Shown piece after piece: positions 47,381 through 56,804 of a stretch of 64,000 nucleotides of DNA. This stretch comes from Enterobacter phage fGh-Ecl02. Each line of letters opens with the position of its first letter. The first letter of the stretch is position 1. The notes under the pieces are model-generated. The model was not told the DNA's origin. It was given only the letters and a program-made list of their open reading frames with translations, and did no database searches. The translations under genes were made by a program, and so were the position numbers. Where the stretch lies: sequence record ON212266.1. The stretch is one strand, 5' to 3'.

Positions 47381-49571
47381 TGTAGAATACGCCCCGCTCA
47401 AGACGGGGTTTCGGACAGAAGACGTCAGACTGCGTATGGACCAAACGTTCATGCGCAAGCCGTCTGTGCGCGCTCCTCGCGTGGAGTTGATGCTAACAGA
47501 TGAGCAGGAATCGGAGTTCGTCGAGTGTGCGATGGACGCCCATTACTTCGCCGCCAACTACTACAAGATAACGACCATCGATAAAGGCTTCATCCTCTTT
47601 GATATGCACGATTATCAGAAGCAGTTGTTCCATGACTTCCAGGACTATCGATTCAATGTGGTCGTCCAGGCTCGTCAGTCTGGGAAATGTGTAAAAGGTG
47701 ACACGCTTGTCACAGTTTACGATACTCTCAGTCAAGAGGAATTGATCCTGACTATAGGGGAGCTTCACAGTCGCTTCGAGGACGTCAACCACGCTGTGCC
47801 ACTGAATACCATTGGCAACCATGACAAGTTCGTGGACAGCCGCTTCGGCAAACGTTATTTTGTACAATCCGATAGTGGCTGGGTTCCGGTTATCGCAGCA
47901 CATAAGACGAAGAAATATGCGGAATTCGTTATTGTCACCGTTACCGGGCGGCGAATTAACGTGGCCGATGAACATATGTTCTTCACTCCGGAAATGAAGG
48001 AGATATTTGCCAAAGACCTGAATGCTGGGTCATACATCATGACGTCAGAAGGTCCAGAAGAAATTCGTGAGATTTGGCAGACTGGTGAAATGCATCACAT
48101 GTATGACCTACAGGTGAAATCTAGTGATCAGCGCTACTACACCAACGGCTTCCTCAGCCACAACACGACAGTCGTGGCAGCATTCCTTCTCTGGTATGCC
48201 ATGTTCCACTCTGACAAAGAGATAGCAGTACTGGCGAACAAAGAGAAGCAGGCGATTGAAATTCTAGATCGTATTCGCAAAGCATATCAAGATCTGCCAT
48301 TCTTCCTCCAACAGGGTTGTGAGAAGTTCGGTTCCACGCTGATCGAGTTCGAAAACGGATCAAAGATCTATGCTTACGCGACGTCTTCGGACTCCATCCG
48401 TGGTCGATCCGTATCGCTACTGTATGTGGATGAAGTGGCGTTCATCGAAAACGACTTTGAGTTCTGGGAGTCTACATTCCCGGCGATTGCATCTGCGGAT
48501 ACTTCACGTTGTATCCTGACCAGTACACCGAAAGGCCAGCGTGGATTGTTCTACGACATCGTCACCAAGGCGAATCCAGAACATCCACAATACAATGACT
48601 TCAAACTCACAGAGGTCCCATGGTATCGTGTTCCAACGTACACCAAAGATCCAAACTGGGAAACCAAGCAGAGAGCGAAGCTGGGTGATGCACGTTTCGA
48701 TCAGGAATTCGGTATCAAGTTCCGTGGTTCTGTGGGATCACTGATACCTTCCAAGTGTCTGGACAAGATGACATCGAAGCTGTATCAGGAGCCGAACGAG
48801 TTCACCAAGATTTACCACGACTACGATCCGAAGCGCATTTATATGGGTATCGCAGATACAGGCAAGGGCGTCGAGGGGGATTATTCTGTGCTGACCATTA
48901 TCGACATCACAGACTATCCTCACAAGATCGCAGCCAAGTATCGAAACAACACGATACCTCCAATGATGTATGCGTACACAATCGCCGATATGGGCGAGAA
49001 GTATGGAACGTGCCCGATGCTAGTCGAGACCAACAACGACGTGGGTGGTCAGGTAATCACAATTCTATATCAGGAAATTGAATATCCCGAGATCATATTC
49101 ACTACAACAGATACCAAGGGTACAGGCAAGAGAATCGGTGGTCGCCGCCCTGAGCCTGGTATCAATACCAACAAGAAGGTGCGCACAAACGGCTGTGCCA
49201 ACCTGAAAGCCCTGATTGAACGTGAAATGCTGGTGATAGATGACCAGGACACGATAGATGAACTCAGTACATTCGTATGGACTGGAACAAGGTATGAAGC
49301 CGATGATGGTTGTCATGATGACTGTGTAATGCCCCTCGTGTTGTATGCATGGGCGGTGAAACAAGAATGGTTTAGTGATCTCACCAATTCAAATATCTCT
49401 GTGGACATGAGAGGACGGTTGTCTGCGATGGAAGAATCTCAGATGCTACCATTTGGGGGTATGATGTCGACGCCAGATCCTCACTCTGTGGAGAACATCC
49501 CAGGGTTCGGTGGAATTCAGGTTTATGATGAACGCTCTGGTATGTCTATGGAAGAATGGCTGAGACGGTGA
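47361..49571 (+). CDS. terminase large subunit (T4 gp17-like) interrupted by an in-frame mini-intein
   Basis: Walker A is split: 'VVVQARQSGK | intein | TTVVAAFLLWYAM'. 736 aa from ATG 47361; 577 aa after intein removal. Confidence 0.85.
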   Translation: MAYQKRDVEYAPLKTGFRTEDVRLRMDQTFMRKPSVRAPRVELMLTDEQESEFVECAMDAHYFAANYYKITTIDKGFILFDMHDYQKQLFHDFQDYRFNVVVQARQSGKCVKGDTLVTVYDTLSQEELILTIGELHSRFEDVNHAVPLNTIGNHDKFVDSRFGKRYFVQSDSGWVPVIAAHKTKKYAEFVIVTVTGRRINVADEHMFFTPEMKEIFAKDLNAGSYIMTSEGPEEIREIWQTGEMHHMYDLQVKSSDQRYYTNGFLSHNTTVVAAFLLWYAMFHSDKEIAVLANKEKQAIEILDRIRKAYQDLPFFLQQGCEKFGSTLIEFENGSKIYAYATSSDSIRGRSVSLLYVDEVAFIENDFEFWESTFPAIASADTSRCILTSTPKGQRGLFYDIVTKANPEHPQYNDFKLTEVPWYRVPTYTKDPNWETKQRAKLGDARFDQEFGIKFRGSVGSLIPSKCLDKMTSKLYQEPNEFTKIYHDYDPKRIYMGIADTGKGVEGDYSVLTIIDITDYPHKIAAKYRNNTIPPMMYAYTIADMGEKYGTCPMLVETNNDVGGQVITILYQEIEYPEIIFTTTDTKGTGKRIGGRRPEPGINTNKKVRTNGCANLKALIEREMLVIDDQDTIDELSTFVWTGTRYEADDGCHDDCVMPLVLYAWAVKQEWFSDLTNSNISVDMRGRLSAMEESQMLPFGGMMSTPDPHSVENIPGFGGIQVYDERSGMSMEEWLRR
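47688..48164 (+). mobile_element. mini-intein (159 aa, Hint domain only, no homing-endonuclease domain) in the terminase P-loop
   Basis: Starts with Cys (tgt 47688-47690) and ends ...GFLSHN (aac 48162-48164). The +1 residue is Thr. Excision restores RQSGKTTVVAAF. Confidence 0.75.
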
Positions 49572-49575
49572 TCAC

Positions 49576-49590
49576 TAAATATCTTTCAAA
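49576..49590 (+). promoter_or_regulatory. late-promoter motif CTAAATAtc upstream of the tail sheath gene (coordinates +/-1)
   Basis: tcactaaatatctttcaaattgag. Confidence 0.4.
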
Positions 49591-49623
49591 TTGAGCGAAA
49601 CTCTACAGAGAAGGAATAAGATT

Positions 49624-51519
49624 ATGGCAACTCAAAGCTTCAGCGTTGCGCCGTCCGTACAGTGGACTGAGCGTGATGCCACGCTTCAGACGTCTCCATC
49701 CGTTGTTGTTCAGGGTGCGACTGTCGGCAAATTCCAATGGGGTGAAGCAGAACTCCCTGTGTTGGTCACTGGTGGCGAAACTGGTCTGGTGAAGAAATTC
49801 TTCAAGCCAAACGATGCAACTGCCACCGACTTCTTGGTGATTGCTGACTTCCTGTCTTACAGCTCTGTTGCATGGGTGACCCGTGTGGTCGGTCCGGCGG
49901 CACGCAACGCTGTAACCAAAGGTCAGACTGCAATCCTTATCCGCAACAAACTAGACTTCGAAACTGCGTCCCCATCTGCGTCTATTACCTGGACAGGCCG
50001 CTATGCTGGCTCTCTGGGTAACGACATTGCTGTGAACATCTGTGATGCTGCGCTGTTCCCGACCTGGGAATTCCGTAACAACTTCGCATATGCTCCGCAG
50101 GATGGCGAGTACCATATCGCCATCGTTGACAAAGTAGGTCGCATTACCGACTCTTCTGGCGCTGTTAGTCAGGTTGATCGTATCTCTGTATCCGGTACTG
50201 CCACCGCTGCTGGTTCCATCTCTGTTGCTGGTGAAGCCGTGGCGTACACTGACGCTGACACCCCGGCGACTCTGGCGACAAAGATCGGAACTGCGCTGAC
50301 GTCTCTGTCTGACGTGTATTCTTCTGTTGTCGTGAAGTCCAACACCGTCACCGTCACTCACAAAGCAATCGGTCCTCAGGCTGCGACTGCGATTGTTCCA
50401 GACGCGAATGGCCTGACTGCTACCGCTGCCGTCACCACTGTTGGTGCTTCCGGTACGATCATCGAGAAGTATGAACTGGTGCAGACCACTCAGGGTTCTA
50501 AGAAATCTGATGGATCCAATGCGTACTTCAAAGACGTGATCAACGGCACCTCAAATTGGGTGTACACCTTCGCCACTACCCTGGCTGCTGGTGTCATTGA
50601 ACTCGAAGGTGGTGTAGACGATTACACTGGGAACCGTGTTGCGGCTATCCAGGCACTGAACAACGCCGAAGCGTATGATGCCAAGCCAGTGTTCGGTTTC
50701 TGTGAAGAACTGATTGAGCAGCAGGCACTGATCGACCTGTCCACTGAGCGTAAAGACACAGTGTCCTTCGTGTCTCCTCTTCGCGATGCGGTCGTCGGAA
50801 ACCGTGGCCGTGAGATGGATGATGTTGTGGCCTGGCGTGAAAGCCTTGTTCGCGACTCCTCCTACTTCTTCATGGATGACAACTGGGCGTATGTGTACGA
50901 CAAGTACAACGACAAAATGCGTTGGATTCCGGCTTGTGGCGGCACCGCAGGTGTTTGGGCGCGAAGCATTGAAATCGCGGGTATCTACAAATCTCCGGCG
51001 TTCCACAACCGTGGTAAATACAACAACTATAATCGAATGGCGTGGTCTGCGTCTTCTGATGAGCGTGCTGTGCTATATCGCAACCAGATCAACAGCATCG
51101 TCACCTTCTCCAACGAAGGCATCGTGTTGTACGGCGACAAGACTGGCCTGACCCGCCCATCTGCGTTCGACCGCATCAACGTTCGTGGTCTGTTCATCAT
51201 GGCAGAACAGAACATCGCAGCCATCGCCAAATACTACCTTGGTGAGAACAACGATGCATTCACTCGTGGGTTGTTCAGCAACGCTGTCCGCCCATATATC
51301 CGCCAGTTGGCCAACATGGGCGCGATCTATGACGGGATGGTGAAGTGTGATGAGGACAACAACACCGCTGATGTTATCGCAGCCAACACCATGGTCGCGG
51401 GTATCTGGCTGAAACCAGAATACAGCATTAACTGGATATTTTTAGATTTCGCCGCCGTCCGCCCAGACATGGAGTTCTCCGAGATCGAATCCGGTGGTGG
51501 TATCGTTGCAGCCTCCTAA
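49624..51519 (+). CDS. tail sheath protein (T4 gp18-like) about 631 aa
   Basis: Gene order and size. Start MATQSF with RBS gaaggaataag. Confidence 0.8.
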   Translation: MATQSFSVAPSVQWTERDATLQTSPSVVVQGATVGKFQWGEAELPVLVTGGETGLVKKFFKPNDATATDFLVIADFLSYSSVAWVTRVVGPAARNAVTKGQTAILIRNKLDFETASPSASITWTGRYAGSLGNDIAVNICDAALFPTWEFRNNFAYAPQDGEYHIAIVDKVGRITDSSGAVSQVDRISVSGTATAAGSISVAGEAVAYTDADTPATLATKIGTALTSLSDVYSSVVVKSNTVTVTHKAIGPQAATAIVPDANGLTATAAVTTVGASGTIIEKYELVQTTQGSKKSDGSNAYFKDVINGTSNWVYTFATTLAAGVIELEGGVDDYTGNRVAAIQALNNAEAYDAKPVFGFCEELIEQQALIDLSTERKDTVSFVSPLRDAVVGNRGREMDDVVAWRESLVRDSSYFFMDDNWAYVYDKYNDKMRWIPACGGTAGVWARSIEIAGIYKSPAFHNRGKYNNYNRMAWSASSDERAVLYRNQINSIVTFSNEGIVLYGDKTGLTRPSAFDRINVRGLFIMAEQNIAAIAKYYLGENNDAFTRGLFSNAVRPYIRQLANMGAIYDGMVKCDEDNNTADVIAANTMVAGIWLKPEYSINWIFLDFAAVRPDMEFSEIESGGGIVAAS

Positions 51520-51600
51520 CGCGCATGCCCTCTTCGGAGGGCATTTCAATGGTCTCTCGCGGGTTAAAATGGAACGATTTTACTGAGAGAGAGCATCGAA

Positions 51601-52299
51601 ATGATCGGAAGTGTTTACAAAATTACAAATCTAGTCAATCAGAAAGCCCATATCGGTATCACCACAAGAGACCCAAGCCATAGGTGGTGGGAACATTGTA
51701 ACAGCGCTCGAAATGGTTCCGACTACGGTATCCATCAAGCTATTCGCAAGCACGGTGAAGAATCATTCTCGTTCCAAGTGATTGCCCAGACCAAGTCCAT
51801 AAAAGATCTTAAAGAATTAGAGATCATCCTGATCAAGCAGCATGACACCCACATGTCAACTCAGAAAGGGTACAACAAAACTTGGGGCGGTGATGGTGCA
51901 ACATTCACTGGCAAGACCGGCGCTATTGATGCATCGACCGGAGAGCGTATCGGCCTCGTAGACTGTGATGACCCTAGATGGTCGACAGGAGAGATAATAC
52001 ACTGCAAGGTCGGGGTCAAGCGTTCTTTCTCAAAGAGCCTGTCTGAATTCGCCAAAGCAAGAACCGGATCCAAGAACTCCAATGCCAAGCGATTCAAATT
52101 GGTATCTCCATCCGGCGAAGAATACGAAATCCACGGGAATTGTCGCGAATACGTGGAGAGGTTGGGACTTAAATATTCAGCACTCTATGATTACATCGAC
52201 AAGGGTATTCCAGTTCCACCACCGTCTGTGTATCATAGGAAAACTGCGACCACAGAGCGTTTGAATACGACGGGTTGGCAGCTAATTAGAATTGTGTAA
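51601..52299 (+). CDS. freestanding GIY-YIG homing endonuclease (Seg/I-TevI-like) 232 aa
   Basis: 'SVYKITNLVNQKAHIGITT...RWWEH...YNKTWGG' GIY-YIG motifs. Inserted between the sheath and tube genes. Confidence 0.75.
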   Translation: MIGSVYKITNLVNQKAHIGITTRDPSHRWWEHCNSARNGSDYGIHQAIRKHGEESFSFQVIAQTKSIKDLKELEIILIKQHDTHMSTQKGYNKTWGGDGATFTGKTGAIDASTGERIGLVDCDDPRWSTGEIIHCKVGVKRSFSKSLSEFAKARTGSKNSNAKRFKLVSPSGEEYEIHGNCREYVERLGLKYSALYDYIDKGIPVPPPSVYHRKTATTERLNTTGWQLIRIV

Positions 52300-52319
52300 C
52301 TCTTTCTGGAGAATCTATA

Positions 52320-52853
52320 ATGGCTACAGTTAATGAATTCAGAGCAGCTATGTCACGCGGGGGCGGCGTTCAGCGCCAACACCGTTGGCGTGTGACTGTT
52401 AACTTCCCTTCCTTCGTGGCTGGAAGCGATACTATCCGTGATGTTTCGCTGTTGGCGGTGACCACAAATACCCCAACAGGCCAGCTCGGGGAAATACTCG
52501 TCCCATGGGGTGGTCGTGAACTTCCATTCCCAGGTGACCGCCGCTTCGAAGCGCTGCCTGTGACGTTCATCAACGTCGTGGACAACGCCCCGTACAACGC
52601 ATTCGAAGTCTGGCAGCAGTACATCAACGGCAGCAACAACAACCGTGCGTCTGCTAACCCAGATGATTATTTCCGTGATGTAATCATGGAACTGCTGGAT
52701 GCGAATGACAACGTCACCAAGACCTGGACCCTTCAGGGCACCTGGCCTCAGAACCTCGGTCAGCTGGAACTGGACATGTCTGCAATGGACTCTTATACTC
52801 AGTTCACTGTTGACCTGCGTTACTTCCAGGCCATTTCAGACAAGTCTCTCTAA
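52320..52853 (+). CDS. tail tube protein (T4 gp19-like) 177 aa
   Basis: Gene order and size. Confidence 0.7.
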   Translation: MATVNEFRAAMSRGGGVQRQHRWRVTVNFPSFVAGSDTIRDVSLLAVTTNTPTGQLGEILVPWGGRELPFPGDRRFEALPVTFINVVDNAPYNAFEVWQQYINGSNNNRASANPDDYFRDVIMELLDANDNVTKTWTLQGTWPQNLGQLELDMSAMDSYTQFTVDLRYFQAISDKSL

Positions 52854-52919
52854 TGTCCTCAGTGCTGGGGGATCTTTATTCCCCCTCACTAATTACAAGA
52901 AAATGTTGAGGACTTAATC

Positions 52920-54614
52920 ATGGCATTCGGTAATGGTGCATTCGGAAATGGGTTCTTCGGCTTGTTCGGCAGAGGCGGCAAAGTAGAAGCGCCGATTGAT
53001 ACCGACAAGATGGTCACGAACCAAGAAGAGAAGTTGCTTTCAAAAGCGACTGTTGTTGCGCTGGACGATTCTCAGGATGGTTCCATCATCCTCCAGGGCG
53101 GCGCGAACACATTCAATTTCGTTGGTGTTGAGAATGAGTTGCTCAACGTCAAACAGCTGGTCGAAGAGTACCAGTCTATGGCTCAGCAGCCTGAGATTCG
53201 TAAGGCTGTGGATATCATTGTCAACGACATCGTCACCTGTGAAGAGGACGAGACTCCTGTAACCATCAACCTGGAAAAGGTAGATGGCATCACAAACGAA
53301 GTCAAAGAGAAGATCACTGACGCATTCAAAGAGATCATGCATCTCCTTGACTTTGACAACACGGCGTATCAGAAGATCCGCAAATGGTATATTGAAGGCC
53401 GTCAGGCATTCCACGTTGTAGTGGACCCGAAGAACAAGAAAGCGGGTATCGCCAAACTCATCATGATGGACTCACGCTGTATCCGTCCTGTGTACATCGT
53501 TCAAAAAGCGATGCGCGACGGTATCGAAGTCATCAATGACGTAAAACTTCAATACTACTACAACCCGAACTACAACCGCAACCAATTCACTGGCCAGTCC
53601 GGTACGTCTCAGAACTTCCAACCGTCACAGCAAGAGCTGGTGTTTGATGATGAGAGCATAGTGTATCTGGACAGTGGTGAAGAGCCTCTGGCGAATGGAG
53701 TTGTACCAAGCCTGCTGAACCCAGCTATCCGTCCCCTGAACAACCTTGTTACAACTGAAGATGCAACGGTGATCTATGCGATCACACGTGCTCCTGAGAA
53801 GCGAGCGTTCTATCTCGACGTGGGTACGCTGGGTAAGAAGTCGGCCGAAGAATACATGCAAGCCATGATGGGCAAATTCAAGAACCGTCTGGCGTATGAT
53901 CGCACCACTGGTAAGGTGGCTGGTAACACTCATTTGATGGGTATCGCTGAGGACTACTGGCTACCACGTCGCGAAGGACAGAACGCAACCGAGATCTCCA
54001 ACGTAGGCGGTGGCGACCAACTGGGTCAAATGGATCATGTGGTATACTTCCGCGAGAAGCTCTACGAGGCTCTGATGATCCCTAAGAGCCGCCTGCAAGA
54101 GGAAGGTTCCATCAACATCGGTGGTTCCAATCTTGCTGAAATTACACAGGAAGAATTGCGCTTCAACAAGTTCTGTGCGAGCCTGCGCCGTCGTTATTCT
54201 TCTGGTATCTTCCTGGAACTTCTGCGTCGCCAGCTGATATTGAAAGGCATTACAGATCAGGCTGACTGGAATGAGAAGATCAAGCCGTTCGTCAAGTTCG
54301 AATTCACTTCTGACAGCTTCATCCGTGAACAACAAGAGAACGAAATCTTGTCACAGCGTATGGCGGCTCTCGGTCAGATAGAACCATATATCGGCACCCT
54401 CTTCTCTATCGATTTTGCTCAACGCAATTTGCTGCGCATGTCCGATGAAGACATCAAAGATCAGCAAGAGAAGATCGAGAAAGAGAAGAAAGAAGGCAAA
54501 TACCCTGAAGTACAGGCAGATGAGTCCGGCGGCTTCGGCAGCGGGGAAGTCAGTCCACTGAAATTCAGACCTAACGTCATCCCAGCGACTAACCCTCCTG
54601 GTGGTGAAGAATAA
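52920..54614 (+). CDS. portal protein (T4 gp20-like) 564 aa
   Basis: Gene order and size. N-terminal Gly-rich 'MAFGNGAFGNGFFGLFG'. Confidence 0.8.
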   Translation: MAFGNGAFGNGFFGLFGRGGKVEAPIDTDKMVTNQEEKLLSKATVVALDDSQDGSIILQGGANTFNFVGVENELLNVKQLVEEYQSMAQQPEIRKAVDIIVNDIVTCEEDETPVTINLEKVDGITNEVKEKITDAFKEIMHLLDFDNTAYQKIRKWYIEGRQAFHVVVDPKNKKAGIAKLIMMDSRCIRPVYIVQKAMRDGIEVINDVKLQYYYNPNYNRNQFTGQSGTSQNFQPSQQELVFDDESIVYLDSGEEPLANGVVPSLLNPAIRPLNNLVTTEDATVIYAITRAPEKRAFYLDVGTLGKKSAEEYMQAMMGKFKNRLAYDRTTGKVAGNTHLMGIAEDYWLPRREGQNATEISNVGGGDQLGQMDHVVYFREKLYEALMIPKSRLQEEGSINIGGSNLAEITQEELRFNKFCASLRRRYSSGIFLELLRRQLILKGITDQADWNEKIKPFVKFEFTSDSFIREQQENEILSQRMAALGQIEPYIGTLFSIDFAQRNLLRMSDEDIKDQQEKIEKEKKEGKYPEVQADESGGFGSGEVSPLKFRPNVIPATNPPGGEE

Positions 54615-54650
54615 TTCGACTAAGTATAGAAAACATTTAGAGGATATGAA

Positions 54651-54821
54651 CATGGCTGCTATCGATCTGGTAAAAGCAATCATCGCTGGTGATACTGATG
54701 CCGCTGCTGCTGAATGCGAAATGGAGCTGTCCGCTCGCGCCCAAGAACTGGTCCAGCAGGGTACTGAATATGTCTTGAACTCCCTGAGCCAAGACATGGG
54801 TCCTTTCGGCGACGACCAGTA
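54651..54821 (+). CDS. small prohead core protein (gp67/68-position) about 56 aa
   Basis: Position between portal and protease. RBS tagaggatatgaac. Confidence 0.35.
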
Positions 54822-54834
54822 AGAGGAATGTATC

Positions 54835-55140
54835 ATGGAAATCGAAGAAGTTGCAACGTTCGCTGATTTCCTGGCTTCCCGCATGGATGAGCAGAAAGTC
54901 ATTGACAAGGTGAACGCAAAAGGCAAACGCCGTCGCCGTCTGCAGTGTGCTCCTGGTTTCAAACTGTCTGCGGATGGTTCCCGTTGTGAGGTGATGGTCG
55001 CCAGTGAGCGCCGTACCCGCAAGCTGGGCAACCGCAAGGCGATCCGAGCCAAGAAACGCATGGGTATGGGATACCAGCGCAAAATCGAGCGTCGTAAGAA
55101 AAAAGCAATGAAGTTCCGTCGTATGATGGGACTGAGTTAA
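54835..55140 (+). CDS. highly basic prohead-core/internal protein 101 aa
   Basis: 'KGKRRRRLQ...RKAIRAKKRMGMGYQRKIERRKKKAMKFRR'. Confidence 0.45.
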   Translation: MEIEEVATFADFLASRMDEQKVIDKVNAKGKRRRRLQCAPGFKLSADGSRCEVMVASERRTRKLGNRKAIRAKKRMGMGYQRKIERRKKKAMKFRRMMGLS

Positions 55141-55147
55141 GGAGCGA

Positions 55148-55816
55148 ATGATGAAACTGTTGCGTGAGATCACTGCGATAGGGAAAGACCTTCAGATTGG
55201 TGAAGCGGCCACGGCTACTGGCGGCAAAGCCATGTACATCGAAGGTCCATTCGTGATGTGTAACCAGGTGAACCGTAATGGTCGCAACTACGATCTCCAA
55301 AAGGTGGGTATCCCTGCTGTCGAAGCATACGACAAAGAGTATATCCAGGATCGTCGTGCAATCGGTGAACTCAAGCATCCGGATTATCCTTTCCCCGATA
55401 TCGAACACGCTGCACTCAAAACCGAATCTTTGCGCTGGGAAGGCACCAACGCTATCGGTCGAGCGCGGATCCTGAATACACCGAAAGGTCAGATCATTCG
55501 TGCTCTGGCTGAAGCAGACTTCAACCTGGCCGTGTCTACACGTGGCCTTGGTGAGACCAAGTCAGTGAACGGCTATGATGACGTTCAACCCGGCTTTATG
55601 CTCACTGCTGTTGATGCAGTCGACCGTCCTTCTGGACAAGTTTGTTATGTAAAGGCTGTGAGCGAATCTGTGGAATGGCAGCTTGATGAATCTTCAGGAA
55701 TTTGGGTTCCTAAGGACATTAAGGGGCATGTGGTCGATTCATTGGTGAAAACCAATATTCAGTTAGAAGACGACTTCCTGCGCCGCCTCGATATCGCATT
55801 GAAACATCTGGGCTGA
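55148..55816 (+). CDS. prohead protease (T4 gp21-like) 222 aa
   Basis: Gene order and size. Confidence 0.7.
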   Translation: MMKLLREITAIGKDLQIGEAATATGGKAMYIEGPFVMCNQVNRNGRNYDLQKVGIPAVEAYDKEYIQDRRAIGELKHPDYPFPDIEHAALKTESLRWEGTNAIGRARILNTPKGQIIRALAEADFNLAVSTRGLGETKSVNGYDDVQPGFMLTAVDAVDRPSGQVCYVKAVSESVEWQLDESSGIWVPKDIKGHVVDSLVKTNIQLEDDFLRRLDIALKHLG

Positions 55817-55825
55817 ATTCAGCCT

Positions 55826-55840
55826 CACTAAATACTGAAA
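55826..55840 (+). promoter_or_regulatory. late-promoter motif CTAAATAct
   Basis: cctcactaaatactgaaaatcg. Confidence 0.4.
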
Positions 55841-55861
55841 ATCGTTCAGAAGGAAACAATC

Positions 55862-56713
55862 ATGAAACCTGAATTGCAAAAACTGTTTGAGGGCGTTAAC
55901 GGCCTCAGCACCGACTTCCTGGATAAAGTGTCTGGTCTGCTGGAATCTAAAGTAGAAGCCGCTCGCCTGACCGCTATTCAAGAAACTGAAAACGCTGCCA
56001 ACATTGAGCGCCTGCGTCTGGTTGAAGCTCATCAGGCTGAGATTGCTCAGCTGAAAGAGTCTCACTTGATGGAAATCGCGACGAAAGTCGATGGCTTCCT
56101 GAATGCTGTTGTAGAAGAGTGGGCTAACAAGAACGCTCCTGCAATCGATGCTCAGATCAAACGTGAAGCGGCTGAAAATCTGCTGACTGGCCTGACTGGT
56201 GTTCTGAAAGAAGCTGGTATCAACTTTGCCACTGACGAAAACGGCCAGATCGCTGCGCTGACTGCCCGCCTGGCCGAAGCAGAACAACGTGCTGCGATTG
56301 CCGAAAGCGAAAACCGTCAAATCAAAGAAGCCGCGAATGCGACTCTGCGTGACTCTGTGATTGCCCGTATCTGTGAAGGTATGGTCGACACCAAGAAAGC
56401 AACGGTTGTCAATCTGCTGGAAGCTGTGCAGTTCACCACCGAAAGCGAATTCGCTTCCCGCGTACACACCTTCCGCAACCTGGTAGAAGGTAAGTCCGTG
56501 AAGAAAGAAGGCGATGACGATGACGATGACTTCCAAGACAAAGTCGGCGGAAAAGACGGCGATGACGACAACAAAGATGTTAAAGCCGAAGGCAAAAAGC
56601 CTAAGAAAGAAGGCGATGAAGATGACGATGAAGATGAAACAGACAAAGAGCTGAAAGAATCTATCAAGCGTCAGTTGGCCGACTATAATCGTCGCTTCGG
56701 CATCAACGGCTAA
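55862..56713 (+). CDS. prohead scaffold protein (T4 gp22-like) 283 aa
   Basis: Coiled-coil region and acidic 'DDDDDDFQDKVGGKDGDDDNKD' tail. Confidence 0.7.
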   Translation: MKPELQKLFEGVNGLSTDFLDKVSGLLESKVEAARLTAIQETENAANIERLRLVEAHQAEIAQLKESHLMEIATKVDGFLNAVVEEWANKNAPAIDAQIKREAAENLLTGLTGVLKEAGINFATDENGQIAALTARLAEAEQRAAIAESENRQIKEAANATLRDSVIARICEGMVDTKKATVVNLLEAVQFTTESEFASRVHTFRNLVEGKSVKKEGDDDDDDFQDKVGGKDGDDDNKDVKAEGKKPKKEGDEDDDEDETDKELKESIKRQLADYNRRFGING

Positions 56714-56804
56714 TTTTAGCAGCCACAGCCCTCGAAAGGGGGCTTGATTTTGAACTACTAAGTAATTTCAACTTAACTGAATATCAATGTAAGGAATGAC
56801 CATC

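Noticed and set aside
52866-52890. Hairpin ggggga-tctttat-tccccc after the tail tube gene as a terminator
   Set aside because: No T-run follows the hairpin. It may be an RNA processing or attenuation site, but the evidence is insufficient to call it.
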